From Dehalococcoidia bacterium (GTDB lineage: Bacteria > Chloroflexota > Dehalococcoidia > Plut-88900): a DNA stretch of 64,000 nt. The DNA is taken from the NCBI GenBank assembly GCA_965197585.1, contig OZ240215.1, positions 1,312,001-1,376,000 on the forward strand, written 5' to 3'. Made by a program: the position numbers and the translations under genes. Position 1 is the first letter of the stretch. Each line of letters opens with the position of its first letter. The notes beneath the pieces were generated by a model. That model saw nothing but the letters and a program-made list of their open reading frames with translations. It had not been told where the DNA came from and did not search any database. Below, piece after piece: positions 52,061-61,894 of this stretch.

Positions 52061-52750
52061 CTATCCTTTTAGGGTCCACCATCGCACCGGCCAATCCCTG
52101 GCACGGGCCAGCTTCTCCAATCTACGTTCCGGGTTTACCGCTATCGGATGCCCCACCATCTCCAGGAGCGGCAGGTCCGAAATGTCGTCCGCGTAGGCGT
52201 AGGAATCCGATAATGCCACCCCACATTTCTCCGCCCAGTTCTTTGCAGCCTCCGCTTTCCCGGCTCCACTCAGAGGTCCAAACTCCAATTCCCCCGTGAA
52301 TCGTTCCCCGTCCACCTTACCCCGGGACGCCATTACCTCGTCGACCCCCAGCAAGTCCCCCAGAGGCCTGACCATCTCCATTAGCCCGCCAGTAAGGAGC
52401 ACCACCTTGTGACCATCAGTCCTGTGTCGTTCCACCTCATCCCTCGCCTCCCTGAAGAGACGCCCGCCCCAGTAATCTGCGCCTCTCCTCTTAGCCCAGC
52501 CTACCAAGTCCCCCACCGCCGACCCGCGGTAGTTCTTAAAGAATCCCCTGATGAATTTCACCCTGTCAGTCCAGTCCGTCAGGGCGTAAAGGGGAATTCT
52601 GGGAGCAAAAGCCGCTAACCAGAGGCCTCGGCTCAATAAACCCTTACCTTCCAGAGCATAGTCCAGGTAAACGTCCAGCAGGTTTGAAGAGGCGATGGTC
52701 CTGTCCACATCAAAGAACGCTGCAACTCTGGCATTAGGCCTTCCCATCAA
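52061..52750 (-). CDS. HAD-IB family hydrolase
   Basis: AFFDVDRT, LLTG, GKA, YAYADDISDLPLLEMVGHPIAVNP. Confidence 0.92.
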   Translation of the reverse strand: MMGRPNARVAAFFDVDRTIASSNLLDVYLDYALEGKGLLSRGLWLAAFAPRIPLYALTDWTDRVKFIRGFFKNYRGSAVGDLVGWAKRRGADYWGGRLFREARDEVERHRTDGHKVVLLTGGLMEMVRPLGDLLGVDEVMASRGKVDGERFTGELEFGPLSGAGKAEAAKNWAEKCGVALSDSYAYADDISDLPLLEMVGHPIAVNPERRLEKLARARDWPVRWWTLKG

Positions 52751-55040
52751 GCGCCTCGACTGCCGCCTGAACTTCCCCGGTCACCTCGCGGCTCAACTCA
52801 CTCAAACCCTTGGCGTCAGCTCCATCGGACCTGCCCGCGAAGCAGATAGGCTCCCCAAAACGTATGGAGACTGGATGCCGCTTCACTCTTACCGTACCTT
52901 TAGGCATCGCTTTATGTGAGTCCTTGATAAACGCGGGTACGACGGGGGCCTCCGACATGAGGGCAAGGAACCCTATGCCGTTCTTGAAGGGCTGCATCCT
53001 TCCCGGACGACCCCTGCTCCCTTCCGGGTAGAAAACCAGTGCGTGCCCCTTTTCCAGCACCGCCAACGCCAACCCGAGCTCCTCTCGGGACGTCCCCTTC
53101 CTATCGAAAGGGATCGCCGTGAACAGTCCCCTCACCATTCGAGACATGAACCCGTTTTCGAAGAAGTAGTCCTTTGCCGCCACGGGGTGGACTTTCTCAC
53201 CTCTCCGCCCGAGAGCGTGAAATATCACCGGCGTGTCCATGTGGCTATTGTGGTTCGAAGCAATGATATAAGGCCCGGAGTCTGGAATATTCTCAAGTCC
53301 CTCACACCGGAAACCCGTCCACCACCTGATCGCCGATCTCATAAGAAAGAACAGAGCTTGCCCCCAACACCTGATCCACAGTGGGACCTTGAACCACCGC
53401 TCGGCCTCTACTCCGAATCCGGCATCGGAAACGCGGGCGCCGTTCCCCTTGGGCTCAGGGTCCATGCCGAGCAGGTACTTCTTCACACCCGGAATATGCA
53501 CATCCTGAAGGTAGGACTCCCAGTCCAGCTTACCGATATCGAAGTCAAAATTCTCCTTATCACTCTCGTGAAGCGCACCCATCACACTGCGGGTGTTGTC
53601 GGTGAGAAACTTGCAGTCTGCCTCGGCATACGGTCCGTACAACCTGCCGTACTGGTACAGCCTTTCTAGTGACACCATCTTCAATTTCAATCTGTTATGA
53701 AAGCGTCGGGTCCAAGGTGTGAAGGAAAGAGGCGCGGTAGCTGTGATGGCGGCTCGTAGGGGAAGCATGTAGCGCAGGCGGATGTGGCGAAGGAATTTGG
53801 GAGTAGTAGGAAAGGTAGGTTTGGTGAGCTTCCTTGCTTTCCCCCCCTCGTCCCCCGACACCGGGAAAGGGGCCCTCTGGAAATGCGCATCAACCTGGTC
53901 GGCGAACCCATCTAGCGTTATCGGATTCTCCATCCCTGAGGCAATCTGGTACACCTTTGGAGAGTCATTTACCGAGGCCTGCGCGACGATGGCCAATATC
54001 GCGTTAGCCACCATGTCAACGGGGATGATGTCCAGAATTCCGTCTCGTTTGCCCGGGAAATCGATCATGCGGCCCCGTCCGTAAGCCACTATCAGCGGGT
54101 CGAGCATCCGAAAACCGTTCAGCCAGCCCGGTACAGGCGCTTTCCAGGCCCCTTCTATTATGGCCGGCCTGATAATCGCCCCTTTCATCCCTCCAATGCT
54201 CCGCACAAACATCTGCTCGCCCATCGCTTTGGAGAAGGTGTACACGTCCTGCCAGCCGCGCCTGTGAGCCCATTCCATGCCAATCTTGCTCAGCTGCTTG
54301 TCCAGCCGCTCAGACTCGGCACGGCTAACCTGCTCCTTTGCTCCCCTCACCGACCCCGCCTTAGCCAGAATCGCCTCGATCTCCTTTTCCACATCGTAGT
54401 CTGTCTGGGGAATGCCGTTGATGTGCCCGACAGTACGGTTCGGGTCAGGCAGCTCCTCCGTAACAGGCCCTTTGCGAGTAGCATTCACATAGCAGGTAGA
54501 AACTTGGGCAAAAAACGGGTCCTTACATCCCTTTGCGAACTCAACCATTCGGCCAGGGCCCAATGTGTTCAATCTCACTGCCGTATCCAAAGGCGCATCG
54601 AAGGAGACGACCGCGGCGCAATGAATGATTATGTCGACTTCGCTTTGTAAACGTTCGTAAATTGCCGGGTCCAGGCCCAGGCCATCCATCGCCACGTCCC
54701 CTGAGACGGCATGGACCTTGCTATCGAAGAGGCTGTCGAAAGCATCTCCCATCCTGTCTTTCAACGGCTCGAAGATCTGGGATTCGAAGACTTCCTGCTT
54801 GAGTCTCTCGTCTATGGATATAGCTGTGGCCCCGGCCCGTGTCCTGGGTCTGACAAGAACGTAGACAGCCGCGATATCAGAAAGAAGGCTGAGCATTCTC
54901 TCCAGGAGCACCTTGCCCAGTAGGCCGGTGCCCCCTGTGAGGAGCACAGTCTTTCCTCTGTAGAAATCTCGAAGTGGTTGCAAGGAAGCCTGCTGGATAT
55001 CGTCTAGGTAGGGTGCAGGATTAGGTAAGGTCACGTACAT
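52734..55040 (-). CDS. Fatty acyl-CoA reductase (male-sterility SDR + FAR_C) fused to a PlsC-type acyltransferase
   Basis: LTGGTGLLGK, HCAAVVSFD, VSTCYVN, YTFSKAMGE, RPAIIE, DIIPVDMVAN; C-terminal NHNSHMD, FYPEGSR, PVVPA. Confidence 0.92.
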   Translation of the reverse strand: MYVTLPNPAPYLDDIQQASLQPLRDFYRGKTVLLTGGTGLLGKVLLERMLSLLSDIAAVYVLVRPRTRAGATAISIDERLKQEVFESQIFEPLKDRMGDAFDSLFDSKVHAVSGDVAMDGLGLDPAIYERLQSEVDIIIHCAAVVSFDAPLDTAVRLNTLGPGRMVEFAKGCKDPFFAQVSTCYVNATRKGPVTEELPDPNRTVGHINGIPQTDYDVEKEIEAILAKAGSVRGAKEQVSRAESERLDKQLSKIGMEWAHRRGWQDVYTFSKAMGEQMFVRSIGGMKGAIIRPAIIEGAWKAPVPGWLNGFRMLDPLIVAYGRGRMIDFPGKRDGILDIIPVDMVANAILAIVAQASVNDSPKVYQIASGMENPITLDGFADQVDAHFQRAPFPVSGDEGGKARKLTKPTFPTTPKFLRHIRLRYMLPLRAAITATAPLSFTPWTRRFHNRLKLKMVSLERLYQYGRLYGPYAEADCKFLTDNTRSVMGALHESDKENFDFDIGKLDWESYLQDVHIPGVKKYLLGMDPEPKGNGARVSDAGFGVEAERWFKVPLWIRCWGQALFFLMRSAIRWWTGFRCEGLENIPDSGPYIIASNHNSHMDTPVIFHALGRRGEKVHPVAAKDYFFENGFMSRMVRGLFTAIPFDRKGTSREELGLALAVLEKGHALVFYPEGSRGRPGRMQPFKNGIGFLALMSEAPVVPAFIKDSHKAMPKGTVRVKRHPVSIRFGEPICFAGRSDGADAKGLSELSREVTGEVQAAVEALDGKA

Positions 55041-55154
55041 TGACAGGGCTCCGCCAGACCCGACGCATTATAATTTCCACACGCCCACTCGTCCATTGTC
55101 ACCCATTCCCCCGAGGTTCAGAAAAGTAGCCGTTATCCCGAGAATCCCGAGCCC

Positions 55155-55739
55155 TTAACCACGCCTTGCTTGAGCATCAGCGGCCAAGTGTCGGGCCACC
55201 TCCATCAGTCCTGTTACCCGAATAACGTTCTCCCTGTATTGATATCCCCGATTCCTTGGCCAGTCCCTCAGAAACACCCTCGACAGCCCCTTCCGGGACA
55301 GAAGATCGGCAACCCGGCCATCGTCATCTACGAACTCCTCAATCCCGAGTTCCGAGCACATATGCCACTTGAAGTCGGGAGACCGCAACCCCAGGTTGTT
55401 CGAATGCACTTCGCGGAACAGTTCGAGAAATCCATGCGCTTTCAACCATCCCTCTATTAACCCCGCTCCAAGCCCGTTCCGGCTGGTAACCAATACCGGG
55501 GTTCGGAACTCGCTGATCGATTCAATTCCCTCCCGAGCATCCTCCAGTGGCCTGCGCCCATAGTACTTGAACTTCAGCAACCACCTCATTGCCACAAGCC
55601 CGATGCCCGAAGGAGTTTCTCTTTTCTTCGAGTTGAGTGGACGGCTCTCGTACGGCCCCGGCGCTATCGGTATGTTTAGTCCGAAGGGAGGTCGGCAAAT
55701 TACACCGTCCATATCTATTCCTATCAGGGGTTTATCCAT
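55155..55739 (-). CDS. HAD-superfamily phosphatase-like protein
   Basis: IGIDMDGVI, LVTSR, FK, FVDDD. Confidence 0.75.
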   Translation of the reverse strand: MDKPLIGIDMDGVICRPPFGLNIPIAPGPYESRPLNSKKRETPSGIGLVAMRWLLKFKYYGRRPLEDAREGIESISEFRTPVLVTSRNGLGAGLIEGWLKAHGFLELFREVHSNNLGLRSPDFKWHMCSELGIEEFVDDDGRVADLLSRKGLSRVFLRDWPRNRGYQYRENVIRVTGLMEVARHLAADAQARRG

Positions 55740-55850
55740 ACGCCAGCCTTTTCGGATACCATGTGTTCTACGGTCATTTTACCTTGAATGCCACTTTAGA
55801 AAGCTGCCCGTGTGTTAGTATCGGATCGTAGCTGCAAGGGAGGAAGAGAC

Positions 55851-56726
55851 ATGAAACAGCTTGGCCCCGAGCAAGTTTGCCACAGGTTCTCCGCCGAAGA
55901 CCCGCCCGGCCTTCGCGTCGAGTCCGGGGAGGTCTTCTTGGTAAGGACGACTGACCGGTTCCGGAACGTCTCCAAAACCGACCCCGACTTCGCAAAGTCA
56001 GACGTTGTCAGGTCTATGAACGGACCCATTTACGTTAACGGGGTCCGCGCGGGCGACACCCTCAAGGTTGACTTCCTTTCCATGTCCCCCGCCGAGCCCT
56101 GCGCCTACGTCCTTGCCCTTCCGGGTCACGGGGCACTGGGGAGCCGGATTCCCAACTTCCTGATGGAGACCGTAGACGTCACCGGTCTAGACGCGGTGTT
56201 CCCGAATGGCACGTCGGTCCCCTTAAGGCCCATGCTCGGCTTGATCGGCGTGGCCCCCGAGCATGGGGAAGCAGGACTAAGTGCAACCGGGCCTTTCGGA
56301 GGCCTGCTCAGCATCACAGACGTCACGGCAGGCTCAACCCTCTACCTGCCCGTGTTCCACGACGGCGCATTCTTGTCTATGGGAGATTCTCATCTCGCTA
56401 TGGGAGAAGGTGAGGCCACGAGTTCCGCCGTCGAAGGTTCGATGAGTATTACCCTCCGAGCCTCGGCTTCTCAAGAGGTAGAAGTTTCAGGCCCCATGGT
56501 AGTGACTCCCGAGCACGTGATTAGCTTCGGAAGAGGGGTCACCATGGAAGAGGCTGCTCACGCCGCCACCTTGGCCATGGCAGACCTCCTTATGTCGCGG
56601 CTGAACATATCCGCCCCTGACGCCGCAATGCTCATCGGCTGCGCAGCAGACCTGCGGACCGCTCTTGCCCTCCGTTCCCCCTACAGCATGAAGATGCTCA
56701 TGCCCCTCTCCACCCTACCCCTCTAA
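55851..56726 (+). CDS. Acetamidase/formamidase family protein
   Basis: NGPIYVNGVRAGDTLKV, RPMLGLIGVAP, LYLPVFHDGA..SMGDSH..MGEGE. Confidence 0.88.
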   Translation: MKQLGPEQVCHRFSAEDPPGLRVESGEVFLVRTTDRFRNVSKTDPDFAKSDVVRSMNGPIYVNGVRAGDTLKVDFLSMSPAEPCAYVLALPGHGALGSRIPNFLMETVDVTGLDAVFPNGTSVPLRPMLGLIGVAPEHGEAGLSATGPFGGLLSITDVTAGSTLYLPVFHDGAFLSMGDSHLAMGEGEATSSAVEGSMSITLRASASQEVEVSGPMVVTPEHVISFGRGVTMEEAAHAATLAMADLLMSRLNISAPDAAMLIGCAADLRTALALRSPYSMKMLMPLSTLPL

Positions 56727-56751
56727 CCGCTCGCCCTCTCGCAATCAGAAT

Positions 56752-56788
56752 AAAGTTAGGGGCGGCTGGTTCAGCCGCCCCTAACTTT
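56752..56788. terminator. Bidirectional intrinsic terminator
   Basis: aaagttaggggcggctg-gtt-cagccgcccctaacttt. Confidence 0.88.
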
Positions 56789-56804
56789 GCCTATCCTACT
56801 TTTC

Positions 56805-57527
56805 CTAGTCCCTGGACACAAACCCTAGCAGGCTTAGGATGATCATGAATATGTTCAGAAAGTTCACGTACAACCCGATGCTTCCCATCACCGCAACTTG
56901 AGTCGCCGCCTCGTAGTTGCCCTGCTCCGCGGCCTGCAGGGCCAATACCTTCATCTGCTTCGTCTGCCACACCGTCAGCGCCAGAAACAACGGCAGCAAA
57001 ACAATATTTATCAGCAAGAACAGCATGCTGGATTGAAGAAGGAAGACGTTGACGAGGCTGATGACTATCAAACCGACTATGCCGATAATCAGCATCGGGC
57101 CCCATCTCGAAATATCCCTCTTGGTGATCATGCCGATTGCGCTCATGCCCACGAACAACCCAGCGGTCAGCAGGAACGCAACTGCGATGGTCTCGGTCGT
57201 GTATCGGGACACGATCCAGGAGAGGAACAACCCTTCCATGGCCGTAAAGGCAAGGTAGACCGCAGTGGCGGGTCCGGTGCGCCCCTTCATAGCCAGCCCA
57301 TTGGCAGCCATCAACATCCCAAATATCAACCCGAACCCCACCAAGAAACCCAACCACCCGATATTCAGAATGACGTCGCCGAGGCCTATCCTGTCCCCGA
57401 CCCATATGCCTGCGCCGGTGGTAATGATTCCCAAGGCCACAAGCCCGTACATCCGGGCCATGGCCCCTGTATAAATCTCGTTGGCTCGTTCCCTGCCGAA
57501 GCCGATGCTGTATTGGTCCCTGAGCAT
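56805..57527 (-). CDS. Bax inhibitor-1/YccA family membrane protein
   Basis: Seven TM segments; G.ITKRDIS..G, LYVNFLNIF..IL. Confidence 0.88.
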   Translation of the reverse strand: MLRDQYSIGFGRERANEIYTGAMARMYGLVALGIITTGAGIWVGDRIGLGDVILNIGWLGFLVGFGLIFGMLMAANGLAMKGRTGPATAVYLAFTAMEGLFLSWIVSRYTTETIAVAFLLTAGLFVGMSAIGMITKRDISRWGPMLIIGIVGLIVISLVNVFLLQSSMLFLLINIVLLPLFLALTVWQTKQMKVLALQAAEQGNYEAATQVAVMGSIGLYVNFLNIFMIILSLLGFVSRD

Positions 57528-57660
57528 GGGTCTCAAACTCCCTTCATCGGTACATACGGTCACCGCCAAATTATACATCGCGGGGTTTGCCCATTAGTGA
57601 TAGGTCAGAGGACAAGCGCCGATAAGGTGCAATTAAGGATTCGCCCAAGGCATGCAATGC

Positions 57661-58419
57661 CTAAGGGCCAGGCGAGCGAGTTGGGCTGTCCTGCGTAGGA
57701 CGGGGATGACTGCGTATCTCCGCCATCAGGAACGCCAAACTCCCGCGCCACAAGTTCACCTGTTCTTCGCCCCAATCGGGGTCGTAGTCCGGGAACTTGG
57801 CCAGAAGCTTCGTCATCATGTCAGAGGTGTGGGGTGGTTCCACGTGTCCCCCAACGGGCTCCAAGACTCGCACTTCGGGAGCTGGGGCTGGAGGAGCGCT
57901 CGAGGGCACTGCCCTCTTCCTAGGCCCCCGCGTCCCGGACTGCCTATCCCGCGGCGTCTTGAAATGCGGCGAAAGCTGTATCTCAGCGTCTTTGGCTATG
58001 CGAAGAAAGAAAGTCATGCCCTTTCGCCCTACTTCGTCCTGTGATCCGCCTGTCTTGAATTTCTCAGCCAGGTGATCGGGAGTTGCAGACCTGAGCATAA
58101 GTCCGTCCAGCACCGGCACGTACGCCCTTTCCACTACCTTATATAGCAGCCCCTTTGCCTCATCCTCCCCCGAAGACAGCAAGCTCTTGAGCGCATCCGT
58201 TGGGTGTCTTTGTGAATCCACCAACCCGAGAAAGGCCAAAGCCGATTGCAAATTCGACTCGGCCGAAGCGTTGACCTTCAGTTTCTTGAGGTAACTGTTG
58301 TCTATCCGGCTCGGCAAGTGTTGATTGGCAAAGTCCTCCCTCAACGTTTCCAATAGTCGTTGCCATTGGGAGTAAGGGGGATACGGTGGTCGCCTTTTGC
58401 CATTTTCTGACCCTGCCAT
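57661..58419 (-). CDS. DUF5343-like protein (putative winged-helix DNA-binding)
   Basis: PPYPPY, PSRIDNSYL, SALAFLGLVD...PT..LK.L, K..TFFL.IAKDAEI.LSP, C-terminal LLAKFPDYDPDW; family recalled, not searched. Confidence 0.7.
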   Translation of the reverse strand: MAGSENGKRRPPYPPYSQWQRLLETLREDFANQHLPSRIDNSYLKKLKVNASAESNLQSALAFLGLVDSQRHPTDALKSLLSSGEDEAKGLLYKVVERAYVPVLDGLMLRSATPDHLAEKFKTGGSQDEVGRKGMTFFLRIAKDAEIQLSPHFKTPRDRQSGTRGPRKRAVPSSAPPAPAPEVRVLEPVGGHVEPPHTSDMMTKLLAKFPDYDPDWGEEQVNLWRGSLAFLMAEIRSHPRPTQDSPTRSPGP

Positions 58420-58487
58420 GCCGTTTGTCCTTTGTCCGGCTTGTCTGGCACTCGTCCGTTGTGGCTATGATACCAGCCAAAAACGGT

Positions 58488-58678
58488 TAAGGCAATATAT
58501 GCCATCCCCGACAACTAAGGCAAAAGACAGTGGCATATTGGCCTTACAGCATTCTGGTTTTGCCTTAGTTTCACAGATGCTTTTTCCACGGCTAGAATGG
58601 CCTCATATTGCCTGAATTGCACCCGAGGCCGGGACATACACCGACCTTACGAGGCAAAGCCCACAAGGCAATATGCCG
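58488..58678. repeat. Array of about 7 (TA)AGGCAA(TATGCC) motifs in both orientations
   Basis: 58488 (+), 58513-58525 (+), 58531-58546 (-), 58558-58570 (-), 58604-58615 (-), 58651 (+), 58664-58678 (+); aactaaggcaaaa/ttttgccttagtt form a perfect 13-bp inverted pair. Confidence 0.8.
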
Positions 58679-58747
58679 CCCGGCGGCAAGCGCTATCTCT
58701 TCCGGGATAGCGACCCGGACCGCAGTTCGAAAGGAGGGTTGAATAAA

Positions 58748-59875
58748 ATGGTCGTAGAGCAGTTGTTAACTAGTAGACCGATTTCCAGATTATCGGTCGA
58801 GAGGGCCCCGGCCCGGATTAAGGTGGTCGGCGTCGGAGGAGGCGGTTGTAACTGCGTCCGACGCATGCTGGCCCACAACGTCCCTGGCGTCGAGTTCGTC
58901 GTCGTAAACACCGATATCAAGTCACTGGAATCAGTGACCCACGGCGCCACCGTCCTCCAGATTGGTGAGAACATCACCCACGGATGGGGCGCGGGCGGAG
59001 AGTTCGACATCGGCGAGAAAGCTGCGGAAGAGTCTTCCACTCTTATAAAGAAGGCGCTCAAGAACGCCGAGCTCGTCTTCCTCACCGCCGGCATGGGCGG
59101 TGGAACCGGCACCGGCGCCGCACCCTACGTGGCCGAGCTGGCCAAGCAGATGGGCGCCCTTGTTGTCGGAGTTGTCACAACTCCCTTCAGCTTTGAAGGG
59201 ACCCGCAGGCTCAGCCAGGCCATCGCCGGCGTCGCCCGGCTCCGCCGCCACGTGGACAACCTCATCGTCATCCACAATGACCGGCTCCTCCAGTTTGTGG
59301 ACCACGATGCCGGGATGACCGAGGCCTTCCAGACCGCGGACGAGGTGGTCAGCCAGGGCATCGTCAGTGTCTCCGAGCTCATCAATGTCCCCGGTGAGAT
59401 CAACGTAGACTTCGCCGACGTCCAGACCATTATGTCCAGCCCCGGTGGCGCTCTCATGGCCATGGGACTGGGACGAGGCAGCATGGGCGCACTGGAGGCC
59501 GCCAGACAGGCAGTGACCAACCCCCTCCTCAACCTCTCCATCAGAGGCGCCAAGGGAGTCCTCTTCTCCGTCAAGGGCGGCGATGAATTGACCCTCGGCG
59601 GCGTCAACGCCGCCGGTGAGCTGATCAACAGCGCCGTCGACAAGAACGCCAGCATCTTCTTCGGAATGTCCATCGATCCTTCGCTCGGCGACATGGTGAA
59701 GCTCACCCTAATCGCCACCGGCCTGAAGCAGGACAAGGGCTTTAACTCCTTCACCGGGAAGTTCAAGGGACTGTTCCCCGGATTTGAGATGAAGGTGAAG
59801 GCCCCTGGCATCATGGGCCGGGGTAAGAAGAGGAAGAAGCGGTCCTCACAGTACGAATGGGACGACGACTTTTAG
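58748..59875 (+). CDS. ftsZ: FtsZ paralog with atypical C-terminal tail
   Basis: VGVGGGGCN, NTD, AGMGGGTGTG, PFSFEG, INVDFADV, TLIATG; AAGGAGG RBS; ends KKRKKRSSQYEWDDDF. Confidence 0.92.
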   Translation: MVVEQLLTSRPISRLSVERAPARIKVVGVGGGGCNCVRRMLAHNVPGVEFVVVNTDIKSLESVTHGATVLQIGENITHGWGAGGEFDIGEKAAEESSTLIKKALKNAELVFLTAGMGGGTGTGAAPYVAELAKQMGALVVGVVTTPFSFEGTRRLSQAIAGVARLRRHVDNLIVIHNDRLLQFVDHDAGMTEAFQTADEVVSQGIVSVSELINVPGEINVDFADVQTIMSSPGGALMAMGLGRGSMGALEAARQAVTNPLLNLSIRGAKGVLFSVKGGDELTLGGVNAAGELINSAVDKNASIFFGMSIDPSLGDMVKLTLIATGLKQDKGFNSFTGKFKGLFPGFEMKVKAPGIMGRGKKRKKRSSQYEWDDDF

Positions 59876-59888
59876 GTAACCCAGGACT

Positions 59889-59931
59889 CGGGGCACGGGA
59901 GGCGACCCTCAACTCCACCTCTCGTGCCCCC
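59889..59931 (+). terminator. Hairpin after ftsZ (no strong U-tract)
   Basis: ggggcacgggagg...cctctcgtgcccc. Confidence 0.5.
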
Positions 59932-60031
59932 ATCCTTGCCGCATCCTGAAATCGAGCCCGTCATCGGATACCGGATGCAACGATAGAGTAGGCCGAGAAA
60001 CCCGAAACTGAGAATTTGGCAGGTAGAAACC

Positions 60032-60787
60032 GTGGCTTTACAACAGACTCTCCCAACCCCTCAAATCCAGCTGGATCCGGTGGCAAAGATAGCTTTCGAA
60101 CGGCCTGCTTTGGCCCTCTGCTATCCCTCCCTGAAGCATGCCTCCCCGGCAGCCGAGTTGACTGCGAGATCAGAAAAGGACGCTGGCAGAAAAGGGGCCA
60201 ATCACCCCACCGTCACTCTTCTCCTTTCCAGCTTAATTGAGTTGGAGCGTAGGGACATGATTGCCATCGGGGCCTCTACATTTAGAGCCAACCGAGGAGA
60301 GGCAGGCGGCATCTGGGTTACCAAGAAGGTGCCCAATTGCCCCGGCAACGGAATGTCTTCGGACCTCTTCCACTGCATCACCCACGGTTACTCCTCCCTC
60401 AAAGATGTTCTCGCCCGCTACTTCCGAGACTCCTTCCGCCAGGACCCCTGGACCCTTGCCTCTACCCTAGGCATGCAGGAGGCAAAAGCCTACGGGTACC
60501 TGACCTCCCAGCAATGGCCCGCCAGTGGCATCAAGGGTTTCCTGAGCCGCATCGGCCTTTCCAATGACATCCAGACTCTATGGGTCAGGGACGGGCTGAA
60601 AGTTAGGGAAGCTACCCAGGCCTCGCGGCTCCTCAGAATTCATATAGACGAGTTTCGCACACGCTCCCGAGACTTATACGAAGGGATGCGCGTTGGCATA
60701 GCCGAGTCTATTAACAAGATGGATGAGCACCTGACCCCGCGGGTCATCAGCCTGCCAAAGCTCAAAAAGAGGTTTGCCGCAAGTTGA
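60032..60787 (+). CDS. Hypothetical protein
   Basis: 251-aa ORF followed by a terminator-like hairpin at about 60834-60872. Confidence 0.65.
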   Translation: MALQQTLPTPQIQLDPVAKIAFERPALALCYPSLKHASPAAELTARSEKDAGRKGANHPTVTLLLSSLIELERRDMIAIGASTFRANRGEAGGIWVTKKVPNCPGNGMSSDLFHCITHGYSSLKDVLARYFRDSFRQDPWTLASTLGMQEAKAYGYLTSQQWPASGIKGFLSRIGLSNDIQTLWVRDGLKVREATQASRLLRIHIDEFRTRSRDLYEGMRVGIAESINKMDEHLTPRVISLPKLKKRFAAS

Positions 60788-61022
60788 CCATATTTGACAA
60801 CTAACTCTCTTTCTATACCCTCCTCCCCCTTATACAAAGGGCCCGACCTCCGCCAGTCGGGCTCTTTGTCTTTATCCTCGATGCCCTCCCACGACATCAA
60901 ACGTCAACTCCATGGAAGCACCCAGAGGGTTGCTCTGTTGCCATGACAAAGCAGAACGCCGGTGTGATCCACCGGCGCTCTGCTTACTTATTCAGTTATG
61001 GGGAGCGTGGATATCTGGGAGT

Positions 61023-61286
61023 TTAACTCCGCCCGACACCTTCCGACTCGGCGATCTTCCGCCGGACAACTTCATCTCGGGGATAGAAGATCGAGTCCTC
61101 GCCAATCACTCCAGCATCCTTTCGTCTCCGAAAGATGAAGAGCTTGTCCCGGGACGAACGCCCAAGCAAGCCGAGCGCCCCAGCCGTGCTGCCGAGTACG
61201 GCCAGACCGCCCAGGGCGATCCCCAAGCCTATGAATTTTCTTCTCTGGTTGATCTTGGTCTCTGCCTTATCGATTGTGGTGCTCAA
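61023..61286 (-). CDS. Small protein with a twin-arginine-like signal/anchor
   Basis: NQRRKFIGLGIALGGLAVLG; GGGAG RBS; hairpin at about 60949-60986 downstream. Confidence 0.6.
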   Translation of the reverse strand: MSTTIDKAETKINQRRKFIGLGIALGGLAVLGSTAGALGLLGRSSRDKLFIFRRRKDAGVIGEDSIFYPRDEVVRRKIAESEGVGRS

Positions 61287-61480
61287 ATGCTACTCCCGGT
61301 GTGAACCCGCCTCAAAGGGTCGGGGCTTAGTTGCGTTCTCATATTATAAGCCTCTGACCAAGCGGTGCAACGGGTCGCATCGGTCCAAAGCGTCACAAAA
61401 GCACACTAACCCGGGCCCCGACGGTCGAAACCCTTGGAATCCCGCATACCACGCCATTTCAGACCTCGTTCAAAAACCCC

Positions 61481-61509
61481 TTGCAATCTCATTTTCGCCG
61501 TGATAATCT
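61481..61509 (+). promoter_or_regulatory. Putative promoter of the cytochrome c operon (TTGCAA-N17-TAATCT, TGn-extended -10)
   Basis: Read directly from the sequence. Confidence 0.5.
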
Positions 61510-61560
61510 TCGCCCTGATAAACTCTTCACAAAGTTTTTGGGCCGACTCCGGGGGCAATA

Positions 61561-61854
61561 TTGGACCCTAATTTCATCACAAGACAAGACTGGGCAGACA
61601 TCGGTGAGTTCCTCTTGGCCCTCCTTTTCGTACCCGGCCTGATGATAGTCTTCGCCTTCTCTATACTCACAGCTCATGCCCTAATCCCTTCACTCGTCAA
61701 ATCGGGCCACCTCCCTGATGACCTCTCCAAAGTCCGACCTGTCTTTTACATCATCGCGTTTGCAGCTCTTCTGGGAGTAATATCCTATCTCGCCTTCGTG
61801 GGCGTCAATGCGGACCGCTCTTTCGGAGACGTTTACTCCCGCTGGTGGCAGTAA
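61561..61854 (+). CDS. Small two-TM hypothetical protein heading the ACIII/Qrc-like operon
   Basis: Two hydrophobic segments; AHALIPSL; co-directional with the cytochrome gene. Confidence 0.65.
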   Translation: MDPNFITRQDWADIGEFLLALLFVPGLMIVFAFSILTAHALIPSLVKSGHLPDDLSKVRPVFYIIAFAALLGVISYLAFVGVNADRSFGDVYSRWWQ

Positions 61855-61894
61855 CCACCCCCTGAAGGAAAACCGGACTTCCATCAACTAACAG

